Below, in pieces: positions 34,973 to 43,430 of a stretch of 64,000 bases of DNA (positions are counted from its first letter, which is position 1; each line of letters begins with the position of its first letter). Origin of the DNA: Micropepsaceae bacterium. GTDB lineage: Bacteria > Pseudomonadota > Alphaproteobacteria > Micropepsales > Micropepsaceae. The DNA lies in NCBI GenBank assembly GCA_036273455.1, contig DASUHP010000033.1, positions 13,967 through 77,966 on the forward strand, given 5' to 3'. The notes under the pieces are model-generated. The model saw only the letters and a program-made list of their open reading frames with translations, was not told where the DNA came from and searched no databases. A program made the position numbers and the translations under genes.

Positions 34973-35740
34973 ATGCGGAAAATTCTGATTGTGGCGGGGG
35001 CGTGCGCGTCGACGCTGGCGGGCTCGTTGTTTGCCTATGCGCAGCAGGGTTCGCCGGAACATCCGATGACATTCTTCATCACCAGCGTTGGCATGGCCGA
35101 CGGCGGCAATTTTGGCGGTCTTGCGGGAGCAGATGCGCATTGCCAGCTTCTGGCCAGCCGCGTGGGCGCGGGCAACAAAACCTGGCACGCCTATCTCAGC
35201 ACGCAGGAGCGGCCCGGCCAGCCGGCGATCAATGCGCGCGACCGCATCGGCACCGGTCCCTGGTATAATGCCTGGGGCGTCATGGTGGCCGAGGATCTGG
35301 CGCATCTGCATGGCGACACGCCGGAACTGGCGCGGCTCGGCAACAACATCACCAAGCTGACCAATCTGACGGAAAAAGGCCAGATGGTGTACGGATTGGG
35401 CGATTTCCCCGATCCTCGCGACAACACCATCGCCTATGTGATGAGCACGCCTTACAGCAACCGGCACGAAGTCATCACCGGATCAAAGCCTGACGGGCGA
35501 GCCTTCACCGGCACCAATGTCGATTACACCTGCAACAATTACACCAGCAACGCACCGGGCACGAGCGGTCAGGTCGTCCGGCGCAACGGCATCGGGCCGG
35601 CAGTGCAGGTCGGCATGTCGGACAGCAATGGCGGCGGCAATGGGTCATGGAATTCGGCGCATTCGACCGGCGGCTGTTCGCAGGCCGATATCGTGCGCAC
35701 GCACGGCCAGGGCAAGTTCTATTGCTTCGCCATCAATTGA
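34973..35740 (+). CDS. secreted four-cysteine protein, endostatin-like (C-type-lectin-fold) candidate, copy 1
   Basis: GGAGCAGGAGGGG RBS. Signal peptide ends AYA-QQ. Contains 'GGNFGGLAGADAHCQLLASRVGAGNKTWHAYLST', 'GSKPDGRAFT..YTCNNYTSNAPGTSGQ' and a C-terminal 'GKFYCFAIN'. See finding. Confidence 0.7.
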   Translation: MRKILIVAGACASTLAGSLFAYAQQGSPEHPMTFFITSVGMADGGNFGGLAGADAHCQLLASRVGAGNKTWHAYLSTQERPGQPAINARDRIGTGPWYNAWGVMVAEDLAHLHGDTPELARLGNNITKLTNLTEKGQMVYGLGDFPDPRDNTIAYVMSTPYSNRHEVITGSKPDGRAFTGTNVDYTCNNYTSNAPGTSGQVVRRNGIGPAVQVGMSDSNGGGNGSWNSAHSTGGCSQADIVRTHGQGKFYCFAIN

Positions 35741-35760
35741 AGAGATTTCGGAGATTTGAG

Positions 35761-36453
35761 ATGAGAAGGTTTATCGCCATCACTGGTGGCGTGGCGCTTC
35801 CGCTGATGGCGGGTTCGTTTTTTGCGTTCGCGCAGGCACCCGTGCGACAGGGGCCGCCGCCGCGCCAGCCGATGAGCTTCTTCGTCACCAGCGTTGGCTT
35901 GGGTAAAGGTGGCGACCTCGGCGGACTCGCAGGCGCCGACGCGCATTGCCAGGAATTGGCGGCTGCGGCCGGGTCGACCAAAACCTGGCACGCCTATCTC
36001 AGCACGCAGGCGCGGCTGGGTCAGCCGGCCATCAATGCACGCGACCGAATCGGTACAGGGCCTTGGTACAATTCCAAGGGCGCGATCATTTCCGCCGATC
36101 AGAATGAGTTGCATGGCGACACGCTGGAAGCGGCGCAACAGCATAATGGTCTGTGGAAGCTGTCGATCCTGAACGAGAAGGGACAGATGATCAAAGGCGA
36201 GGCCGAGAACGGCAATGTCCATGACATCCTGACCGGATCGACCACCGATGGCCGCGCCTTCACCGACAACGCGGATCACACCTGCAACAACTGGACCAGC
36301 AGCACGACAGGCGCCGTCAGGGTCGGGCATTCCGATCGCATCGGCGGCGGCAACAGCTCGTGGAATTCGTCGGAAGAAGTGCCGTCATGCAGCCAGCAGG
36401 CATTTGCCCAGGCCCATGGCGCGGGCCTGTTCTATTGCTTCGCCGCCAACTGA
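35761..36453 (+). CDS. secreted four-cysteine protein, endostatin-like candidate, copy 2 (tandem paralogue)
   Basis: Signal peptide ends AFA-QA. Contains 'GGDLGGLAGADAHCQELAAAAGSTKTWHAYLST', 'GSTTDGRAFT..HTCNNWTSSTTG' and a C-terminal 'GLFYCFAAN'. Confidence 0.7.
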   Translation: MRRFIAITGGVALPLMAGSFFAFAQAPVRQGPPPRQPMSFFVTSVGLGKGGDLGGLAGADAHCQELAAAAGSTKTWHAYLSTQARLGQPAINARDRIGTGPWYNSKGAIISADQNELHGDTLEAAQQHNGLWKLSILNEKGQMIKGEAENGNVHDILTGSTTDGRAFTDNADHTCNNWTSSTTGAVRVGHSDRIGGGNSSWNSSEEVPSCSQQAFAQAHGAGLFYCFAAN

Positions 36454-36463
36454 CGCCAGCGAT

Positions 36464-36717
36464 TCATCCGATCATTGTGTCATAGTCAGCGTGGGAGCCA
36501 ATCCAGAACCACAGCACGTCACCGCCTGTTCGACGCCGAGCGCGCGGTAATGGGCTCCGACGCGCACGGATCGGAACTGCCGGATTGCCTTGAACTGCAG
36601 CGACGGATGCCGAGGATTGTCTTTCAGCAGCGAAAAATTTTTGTCGGCCAGATTTCGGATTTCGTTTGGAAGCTTTGAATAGGCTTCCCAGAACGAGGAA
36701 CTGGCGAAGTGCCTCAC
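36464..36717 (-). pseudogene. ParE-like toxin, interrupted by a frameshift
   Basis: Frame 1 reads MRHFASSSFWEAYSKLPNEIRNLADKNFSLLKDNPRHPSLQFKAIRQFRSVRVGAHYRALGVEQAV.. and then runs into TCCGSG..*. Frame 2 continues GGDVLWFWIGSHADYDTMIG*, the expected family C-terminus. The switch is near 36518-36531. Confidence 0.65.
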
Positions 36718-36914
36718 AGCTCCCGGGCACGACCGGATCGCAAGTCCGCAAGCGCGCGCTCCGCCAATTGTTCGAGTCTACCCGCTTTGACGTCTCGCTC
36801 GATTTTCGTGTCGAACAGATCGCCCGCGAATTGGTCGAACCATTCACGGAATTTCGCGAGTTGCTCCGGAGGCAATGCCGCCACCGCTTTTTCAATTTCT
36901 TCAAGCTTGCCCAT
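36714..36914 (-). CDS. type II antitoxin (partner of the ParE-like toxin)
   Basis: 66 aa: 'MGKLEEIEKAVAALPPEQLAKFREWFDQF..DVKAGRLEQLAERALADLRSG'. Its stop overlaps the toxin start. Confidence 0.6.
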   Translation of the reverse strand: MGKLEEIEKAVAALPPEQLAKFREWFDQFAGDLFDTKIERDVKAGRLEQLAERALADLRSGRAREL

Positions 36915-37003
36915 AACGCCTCGCAAACTCCCGAATTCTACGCCAGCGAGCGCAGCATATCATTCGAGCGTCGAACCACAAACGAGGTGGCGGAGAGAAA
37001 ACC

Positions 37004-37909
37004 CTATTCGATCCTGGTCGAGAGGGTGCCGATGCGCTCGATTTCGAGCTTCACGGTGTCGCCCGATTTGAGGAATTCGCCGCGCGCAAGCCCAACGCCC
37101 GCCGGCGTGCCGGTGAGGATGAGATCGCCCGGATAGAGCGTCATGCCTTTCGACAGTTGTTCGATCTGCTCGGCGACGCTGAAGATCATCTCGCGGGTGT
37201 TCGAGTCCTGCTTGATGACGTCGTTGACCCAGAGTTTCAGGCCGAGATTCTGCGGATCGGGAATGTCGCTCGCGGGCACGATCCACGGTCCAAGCGGACA
37301 TGAACCGTCAAAGCATTTCTGGCTCGTCCAGTCATGACCGAATGGCGATTTCGCATCGACTTCCTGCCGGCGTCCGAGGTTGCGCGCCGAAAGATCGTTC
37401 GCCGCCGTATAGCCGGCGACATAATCGAGGGCGTTTTCGGCTTTGACATGCTTGGCGGGACGTCCGATCACCGCGACGAGTTCAACTTCCCAGTCCAGCT
37501 TCGGCGAATAATAGGCGGCGGTCACCGTCTCGCCCGGATCGGCGACGCAACGCGTCGATTTCATGAAGTGCCAGGGCAGCCCGCGATTGGCGTTCGGATC
37601 GTAGGGACGACTCAGCACGCGCGCCATTTCCATGGCATGGTCGCGGTAATTCGCGCCGGCGCAGTAGATCGCGCTCGGCCACAGGACCGGCGCGCGCAGT
37701 TTCGTGGCGCTGACCGGCGATCCGCCCGAAAGTCCGGCGGCAGCGCGTTTGGCAATGCGGTCGCTGCTGCGCGGCCAGTCTTCGAGAATTTCGAGAACCG
37801 TCCGATAAGCCGCTTCGCCCGTCACTTCGACCGCGTCGTACATCGTGTCACCAACAATTACGCCGGCGCGTGGTCCGGTTTTACCCTGGTAGGTCGCCAA
37901 TCTGAACAC
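37004..37909 (-). CDS. fumarylacetoacetate hydrolase (FAH) family protein
   Basis: Contains 'IYCAGANYRDH', 'LDWEVELVAVIGRPA' and 'YPGDLILTGTPAGVG'. Confidence 0.85.
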   Translation of the reverse strand: MFRLATYQGKTGPRAGVIVGDTMYDAVEVTGEAAYRTVLEILEDWPRSSDRIAKRAAAGLSGGSPVSATKLRAPVLWPSAIYCAGANYRDHAMEMARVLSRPYDPNANRGLPWHFMKSTRCVADPGETVTAAYYSPKLDWEVELVAVIGRPAKHVKAENALDYVAGYTAANDLSARNLGRRQEVDAKSPFGHDWTSQKCFDGSCPLGPWIVPASDIPDPQNLGLKLWVNDVIKQDSNTREMIFSVAEQIEQLSKGMTLYPGDLILTGTPAGVGLARGEFLKSGDTVKLEIERIGTLSTRIE

Positions 37910-38029
37910 GGTCGGAATTCTCCCTAATTCTGGCGGAGTTCGATGAGCCGCCGCGCCGGAAAGCGCAACTAAAATTTTCAGTCGAAGAGGCTTAAGCTGA
38001 ACGCAGTGTCTCTAAAGCCCGGGCCGACC

Positions 38030-38197
38030 ATGAAGATCGTCACAATCTCAAAACTGCGGGTAAACCTTTGCCGGTTTCTTCATGGCCCAGGCAAGGAAGA
38101 GATCATCATTACCCGGCATGGTAAGCCCGCCGGCGTGCTGATCGGATTTGAAACGGATGACGATTGGTTCGACTACCGGCTCGAGCACGATCCGTGA
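38030..38197 (+). CDS. Phd/YefM-family antitoxin, apparently truncated by an in-frame TGA, no toxin partner
   Basis: 'MKIVTISKLRVNLCRFLHGPGKEEIIITRHGKPAGVLIGFE'. The reading frame continues past TGA 38195-38197 as FLRRIERARASLRKGAGGRQEDTEIE* (to 38278). Confidence 0.6.
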   Translation: MKIVTISKLRVNLCRFLHGPGKEEIIITRHGKPAGVLIGFETDDDWFDYRLEHDP

Positions 38198-38384
38198 TTC
38201 CTGCGGCGTATTGAACGGGCGCGTGCAAGCCTGCGCAAGGGCGCCGGTGGCCGACAGGAAGATACAGAAATAGAGTAGCCAAGCGTGGCCGTCGGGAAGC
38301 TTTAGGATGGCCGTTTAGCACTTTCGCCATCCGCGTCGCGATAGGGCAAGTGCTGAGTCCATTCAGTTGTGGCGATGCTTAATC

Positions 38385-38687
38385 CTACGCTTCTGGGTCG
38401 ATGGCATCGGCGACCGCTTCTTTCTTCGGCTGCGGCAACAGCTTCATCGCGAAGATGAACGCCGAAAGCAGCAGGCAAATGAAATTTGCAATAATCAGCG
38501 GCCACTGCATTCCGAGGGCGCCAAACGTAGTCCACAGCGCAAAGCCAAAGACCGTCAGCGCGTACATGCCCGCCGAAATGTCCTTGGTCTCGCGCGATTT
38601 GATGATCTTCCAGGCCTGCGGCGTGAAGCTCGCCGTTGAACAGCAGGCCGCTGCATAACCAATCACCGTGACGGCGATATCTGCCAT
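38385..38687 (-). CDS. SemiSWEET (PQ-loop/MtN3 half-transporter)
   Basis: 100 aa with three TM segments. PQ motif in 'FTPQAWKIIKSRETKDISAGMY'. Confidence 0.8.
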   Translation of the reverse strand: MADIAVTVIGYAAACCSTASFTPQAWKIIKSRETKDISAGMYALTVFGFALWTTFGALGMQWPLIIANFICLLLSAFIFAMKLLPQPKKEAVADAIDPEA

Positions 38688-38745
38688 AGAAATGCACCGC
38701 TCAAATGAGACGGAGCATTAACCGGAGGATCGGTTGCCGGTTCCC

Positions 38746-41016
38746 CTAGACCGTGAAGTTTTCGCGCATCAGCGGCAATTGCCGGATGCGATGGCCGGTG
38801 GCTGTGAAGATCGCATTGCACACCGCCGGTGCGACCGGCGGCAGCGCCGGTTCTCCCATTCCGGTCGGCGGGAAATCCGACTGGATGAAATAAGGTTCGA
38901 CCTGTGTCGCCTTTGCCATCCGGAGGATCGGATAATCCGGATAGTTCTGCTGCTGCACCCGGCCATTTTCCATGGTGATTTCGAGGCCAAGCATGGTCGA
39001 GAGACCATCGATCACCGCGCCCTGCGCCTGGGTTTCCGCCCCGCTCATATTGATCACCGGCCCGATATCGGCGGCGACCGTGATCTTGTGCACGGTGACA
39101 CGCCGATTGGCGTCGACGCTGACGTCGGCGACTTCCGCGAAATGGCCGGCATGGCTGAAATAGAAAGCGAAACCAAGCGCCCTGCCCTTCGGCATCGGCT
39201 TGCCCCAACCGGCTTTCTCGGCGGCCAGCCGGATCACCGCCGCGGCGCGGCCGGTATTCAGCGCGCCGTCATCTTTTGGCGCGAGCCAACGCGGTTCGCC
39301 CATCGCTTCGAGCAGGAATTCGACATGATCGCGGCCGGCAGCCGAGGACAGCTCATGCAGGAATGACTGGATTACCCATGCGATCGCATTGCTGCGCGGC
39401 GCGCGCCACGGGCCGGTCGGCATAGTGGAATGGATCAGCGTCTGCCCGAGCCGGTAATTCGCCATCACCGATGCCGGGAATGCATTCACATCCATATCGG
39501 CGCTGGCATTGGGCTGCTTGCCATCGGCCGAAACCGTGATGATGTGATCCGACCACGCCGACAGCCTGCCGTTCCGGTCCACTGCGCCTTTCATCTGATG
39601 GAATCCGCCGGGGCGATAGAAGTCGTGCGCGAAATCGTCCTCCCGGGTCCATTGCAGTTTTACCGGAACGCCCACGCGCCGGGTGATCGCAGCAACTTCG
39701 CACATGTAATCGTTCGACAGACGGCGGCCGAATCCGCCACCCGCGCGCACCTGATGAATCAGCACCTTGCTTTTATCGATGCCCATCAGTTGCGCGATCT
39801 GGTCGAGCGCACGATCCGGTGCCTGGGTTGGTGCCCAGATCTCGATACTGTCCCCCTGCCAATGCGCGGTGGAGTTCTGCGGCTCCATGTCGGTATGCGA
39901 GAGATAGGGATAGGCGTAGAACGCTTCGATCACCTTCCCGCCGCCCGCGAACGCGCCATCGATATCGCCATCCTGCTTCAGAATGCTCGCCGGCTGCTTC
40001 GCGGCAATCGCCTTCGCCTGCTGCACGAAGCCGGTCCAGGAATCCTTGCATGCGGCGCTTTCGTCCCAGGTGACATTCAGCGCGCGCTTCGCGCGCAACG
40101 CGGCCCAGGTCGAATTCGCCACAATCGCCACGCCCGGCATCAGTTCGGATTGCCGGCCATTTCCCTCCACCACCAACGCATCTTTGACGCCCGGCATCTT
40201 CTTGATTTCGTCGAGATTGGCTTTGGCGACACGGCCGCCGGTCGCAGGACATTTGGTGTAGGTCGCGTAAAGCATCCCGGGCCGGACCTGATCGATGCCG
40301 TAAAGCGGTTGGCCGGTGACAATCTTCGGCGTGTCGACGCCCATCACGCGCGTACCGATCAGGCGGTACTCGCTGCGCGGTTTGATATAGACGGTCTTCG
40401 CATCCGGCACAGGCATTTGCGCAGCGGCACTGGCAAGTTCGCCGTAACTTGCGTGCCGTCCGGTGGCTGCATGCGTGACCACACTGTTTTGCGCCGAACA
40501 TTCGGATTCCGGAATGCCCCATTGTCTCGCGGCCGCGGCAATCAGCATGGCACGTGCGGTCGCGCCGGCGCGGCGCAACGGCTCCCAACCGGTTGGTGTC
40601 GAACGCGATCCGCCGGCGCTCTGTCGGCCATAAACAGCCGGATTGATTGGCGCTTGCTCAACCCGAACATCGGCCCAGTTGGCGTCCAGATGTTCGGCGA
40701 GAACTATCGGGAACGATGTTTTGATGCCCTGCCCGATTTCCGGCGCCTTGCTCAGGAGCGTGATCTCACCTGTCGGCGCGATGCGGATATAGGCGTTCAG
40801 GACGGCCTCGCTGCCGGATGTGGCGGCCGATGCAGGGCGCGTGGCAGGCGCGATCGAAAAGGCCAGAACCAGACCGGCGCCGGTTGCACCTGCAAGTTTG
40901 ATGAATTCGCGCCGCTTCAACCCTTCCGAAGCTTTTGGCTCGATCAACTCCATTTCGCGGATGATATCGTGGAAATACGGATCGGACGTGAAAGACACGG
41001 GCGCTGTCTCGTTCAT
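38746..41016 (-). CDS. xanthine dehydrogenase/aldehyde oxidase family molybdopterin-binding subunit (IorB-like), Tat-exported
   Basis: Twin-arginine signal '[20 protein letters not shown]'. 756 aa with the typical a/b-hammerhead and Mo-binding domain pattern. Confidence 0.85.
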   Translation of the reverse strand: MNETAPVSFTSDPYFHDIIREMELIEPKASEGLKRREFIKLAGATGAGLVLAFSIAPATRPASAATSGSEAVLNAYIRIAPTGEITLLSKAPEIGQGIKTSFPIVLAEHLDANWADVRVEQAPINPAVYGRQSAGGSRSTPTGWEPLRRAGATARAMLIAAAARQWGIPESECSAQNSVVTHAATGRHASYGELASAAAQMPVPDAKTVYIKPRSEYRLIGTRVMGVDTPKIVTGQPLYGIDQVRPGMLYATYTKCPATGGRVAKANLDEIKKMPGVKDALVVEGNGRQSELMPGVAIVANSTWAALRAKRALNVTWDESAACKDSWTGFVQQAKAIAAKQPASILKQDGDIDGAFAGGGKVIEAFYAYPYLSHTDMEPQNSTAHWQGDSIEIWAPTQAPDRALDQIAQLMGIDKSKVLIHQVRAGGGFGRRLSNDYMCEVAAITRRVGVPVKLQWTREDDFAHDFYRPGGFHQMKGAVDRNGRLSAWSDHIITVSADGKQPNASADMDVNAFPASVMANYRLGQTLIHSTMPTGPWRAPRSNAIAWVIQSFLHELSSAAGRDHVEFLLEAMGEPRWLAPKDDGALNTGRAAAVIRLAAEKAGWGKPMPKGRALGFAFYFSHAGHFAEVADVSVDANRRVTVHKITVAADIGPVINMSGAETQAQGAVIDGLSTMLGLEITMENGRVQQQNYPDYPILRMAKATQVEPYFIQSDFPPTGMGEPALPPVAPAVCNAIFTATGHRIRQLPLMRENFTV

Positions 41017-41139
41017 TTCTCTCCCTCCGCGAGGCTCTAAGTCCGGATTTTAGCCCAGCATGCGCCAAAGCCCAACCGCTCACTACCGCAATTGCACGCT
41101 TTGCGTTGCCATATGCGACAGACTCGTTAGGATAACCGG

Positions 41140-41340
41140 ATGATCAGGATCGAAATTTCGCGCGAGGATGACGGGCGCTGGATCGCCGAAGTTCCAGATT
41201 TGCCAGGTGTACTGGCTTACGGCACTGACGAGGCAGAAGCGCGGAAAAAGGCCGAGGCGCTGGCATTTCGCGTCATTGCCGATCGCATAGAGCATGGCGA
41301 GCCAGTGCCGGTTGAAGCTCGGCGTCTTTTCGTGGCGTGA
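41140..41340 (+). CDS. hicB: HicB-family antitoxin
   Basis: 'IRIEISREDDGRWIAEVPDLPGVLAYGTDEAEARKKAEAL' (UPF0150 fold pattern). Confidence 0.8.
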   Translation: MIRIEISREDDGRWIAEVPDLPGVLAYGTDEAEARKKAEALAFRVIADRIEHGEPVPVEARRLFVA

Positions 41341-41549
41341 CGAACTGGCCCGCGACAAGAGCGGCCCGGGTCCTTCGCGCGTTGGAACGGATCGGCTGGA
41401 GGATTAAAAGGCAAAGCGGATCGCACAGGACGTTGTCCCGCGCCGGATGGAATGATTACGTGTTTGCGTTCCACGATTCCGACGAAATTGGTCCCCGAAT
41501 GCTGGCTCGCATTGCGAAGCACACCGGGCTCCAACCAAAAGGCCTCTGA
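41337..41549 (+). CDS. hicA: HicA-family mRNA interferase toxin
   Basis: 'RVLRALERIGWRIKRQSGSHRTL'. The GTG start overlaps the hicB stop (GTGA). Confidence 0.8.
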   Translation: MTNWPATRAARVLRALERIGWRIKRQSGSHRTLSRAGWNDYVFAFHDSDEIGPRMLARIAKHTGLQPKGL

Positions 41550-41703
41550 CGGGGGCTGGTGTCGCCCAACTATAAGTTTCTTGTTCGTTCACCACGATTC
41601 GAATGCGCCCCGCGCACATGCGGCGCCGTTTCGCAATTGGCTTCGCGTCTAAGCCGTGCCATTGCTGAAAAGAGTGAATCGTCCACTGAACTCAGAGCAC
41701 CCC

Positions 41704-42723
41704 ATGATCATCGATTTCCAGCACCATTACACGCCGCCAGCCCTGCTCAAGGGCAACAAAGACGCGGTTTCGGTTGGCATCGACGAACGCGGGAATCCGA
41801 TGCATTTGCTCAATCCCCTGCTCGGCGACATCGATGCACATGTACGGATGATGGACCTTGCCGGGATCGATGCTGCAGTTCTGTCCAGCATGGTCGGGTT
41901 CGACCAGCCGGACCTCGCCATCTGCCGCACCATCAACGACGACATGAAGGAGGTGGAAAAGAAGCATCCGGGGCGCTTCATTGGGTTGGCCCATGTGCCG
42001 GCGCTGAACGGAAAACAAGCCGCAGCCGAGTTGAAGCGCTGCCGCGTCGAACTTGGATTTCCCGGCGTGGTGATTGCATCCGAACTGCAGGGCCAGGCGC
42101 TGGACAGCGATGAATTGCGTCCGTTCTGGAAGGCAGCCACCGATCTTGGAATGTATGTTTTCATTCATCCCCTGCCGCGGGTGATCGCCTGGGACAAAGT
42201 GTATGCGGATGATCTCGGACGCATGCTGGGATGGGAATTCTCGCTGATGCTCGCAACCGTGCGGGTCATCAACAGTGGTTTGCTCGACGATCTTCCCGGA
42301 CTGAACATCCAGTTTGCGCATTTTGCCGGCGGTATCGGGCGCTATCTCGGACGCGTGCGCGGCTTTCAGCAGCGCGACAAATGGGGAACATCAGGCGTGA
42401 GGGGGCATAACCGGCGTCCACCCAGGCCTTTCGACTACTATCTTGAACAGCGGCTCTATTACGACTGCGCAGGATGGGCGGGCCCCGATCACGCCGGCGC
42501 CTGGGGCGCGGAATGGGTGCGGTTTGGCATGAATGAAGTTGCGTTGTCGCAATTGGTTTTTGCCACGGACTATCCGCAAGCGGTGCGCGTCGATCAGGAA
42601 GTGGTGGATTATGTCAAGCAGGTGCGCGAACTCGGGCCCAATGAGCGCGCGATGCTGGAAGGGATCAATGTCGAGAAACTGATCCCGGATGCCAAGGAGC
42701 GTCTGGCGAAACGGCGCCGCTAA
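41704..42723 (+). CDS. amidohydrolase-2 family metal-dependent hydrolase/decarboxylase (ACMSD-like)
   Basis: I used the internal ATG of ORF 41656..42723. Contains 'MIIDFQHHY', 'VFIHP' and 'FATDYP'. Confidence 0.8.
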   Translation: MIIDFQHHYTPPALLKGNKDAVSVGIDERGNPMHLLNPLLGDIDAHVRMMDLAGIDAAVLSSMVGFDQPDLAICRTINDDMKEVEKKHPGRFIGLAHVPALNGKQAAAELKRCRVELGFPGVVIASELQGQALDSDELRPFWKAATDLGMYVFIHPLPRVIAWDKVYADDLGRMLGWEFSLMLATVRVINSGLLDDLPGLNIQFAHFAGGIGRYLGRVRGFQQRDKWGTSGVRGHNRRPPRPFDYYLEQRLYYDCAGWAGPDHAGAWGAEWVRFGMNEVALSQLVFATDYPQAVRVDQEVVDYVKQVRELGPNERAMLEGINVEKLIPDAKERLAKRRR

Positions 42724-43430
42724 AGCGAAATCGCGCCCGGCGAAAGATGCGAAAACGGCCCGGCAAACAGATCCGGCTGTGCGAGCACCAGCGCTTCGAT
42801 ATTGGCAACCACGTCCCGGCATGACGATCGCTGCCCGGCGGACGGCACAAAGGGTCCATCAATGCTGATCGCCGCGATCACGCGCTGATCCGTCCCAACC
42901 GGGAATACCGTTTCATCCCTGCCCTTGCCGCTCTGCCGGCGAACACCGGAATCGAGTTTGCACCATTTGCGGTAGGCCTCGAGTTCGGTCTTGTGCAAAC
43001 CGGCGAGGATCGCCTGACCAGCCGGCGATTCATGCAGTGGATGAGCTTCGCCAAGCGGGCGTGACGTCATCACCTCGCCGGTTCCGGGTACGGAGCAAAT
43101 CCGGACCACATACCAGCCGGCGCGGACGTGCAGCGAAACCGTTTCGCCGGAAATGGATGCGAGCTGCCTGAGATAAGGCAAACAAACTTCGCGCATCCGA
43201 AAACGGCCAATCACGCTGCGACGCAAACGTTCTGCGGCCGGACCCGGAGTGTATCGTGACGACTCACGATAGCGCGCCACCAGACCCGCGCGCGTCAACG
43301 CATCGAGACCGCGGAATACCGTTCCTGCGGGCGCCGATAATGCGCGGGCGATCTCGGTCACCCCGAGCGGGCGGTCCGATGCGGCGATCTCATCCAATAT
43401 CCGCAACGCGCGCGCAGCCGAACTGCTCAT
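42720..43430 (-). CDS. IclR-family transcriptional regulator
   Basis: wHTH 'ALRILDEIAASDRPLGVTEIARALSAPAGTVFRGLDALTRAGLV' plus an IclR effector domain. Confidence 0.85.
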   Translation of the reverse strand: MSSSAARALRILDEIAASDRPLGVTEIARALSAPAGTVFRGLDALTRAGLVARYRESSRYTPGPAAERLRRSVIGRFRMREVCLPYLRQLASISGETVSLHVRAGWYVVRICSVPGTGEVMTSRPLGEAHPLHESPAGQAILAGLHKTELEAYRKWCKLDSGVRRQSGKGRDETVFPVGTDQRVIAAISIDGPFVPSAGQRSSCRDVVANIEALVLAQPDLFAGPFSHLSPGAISL

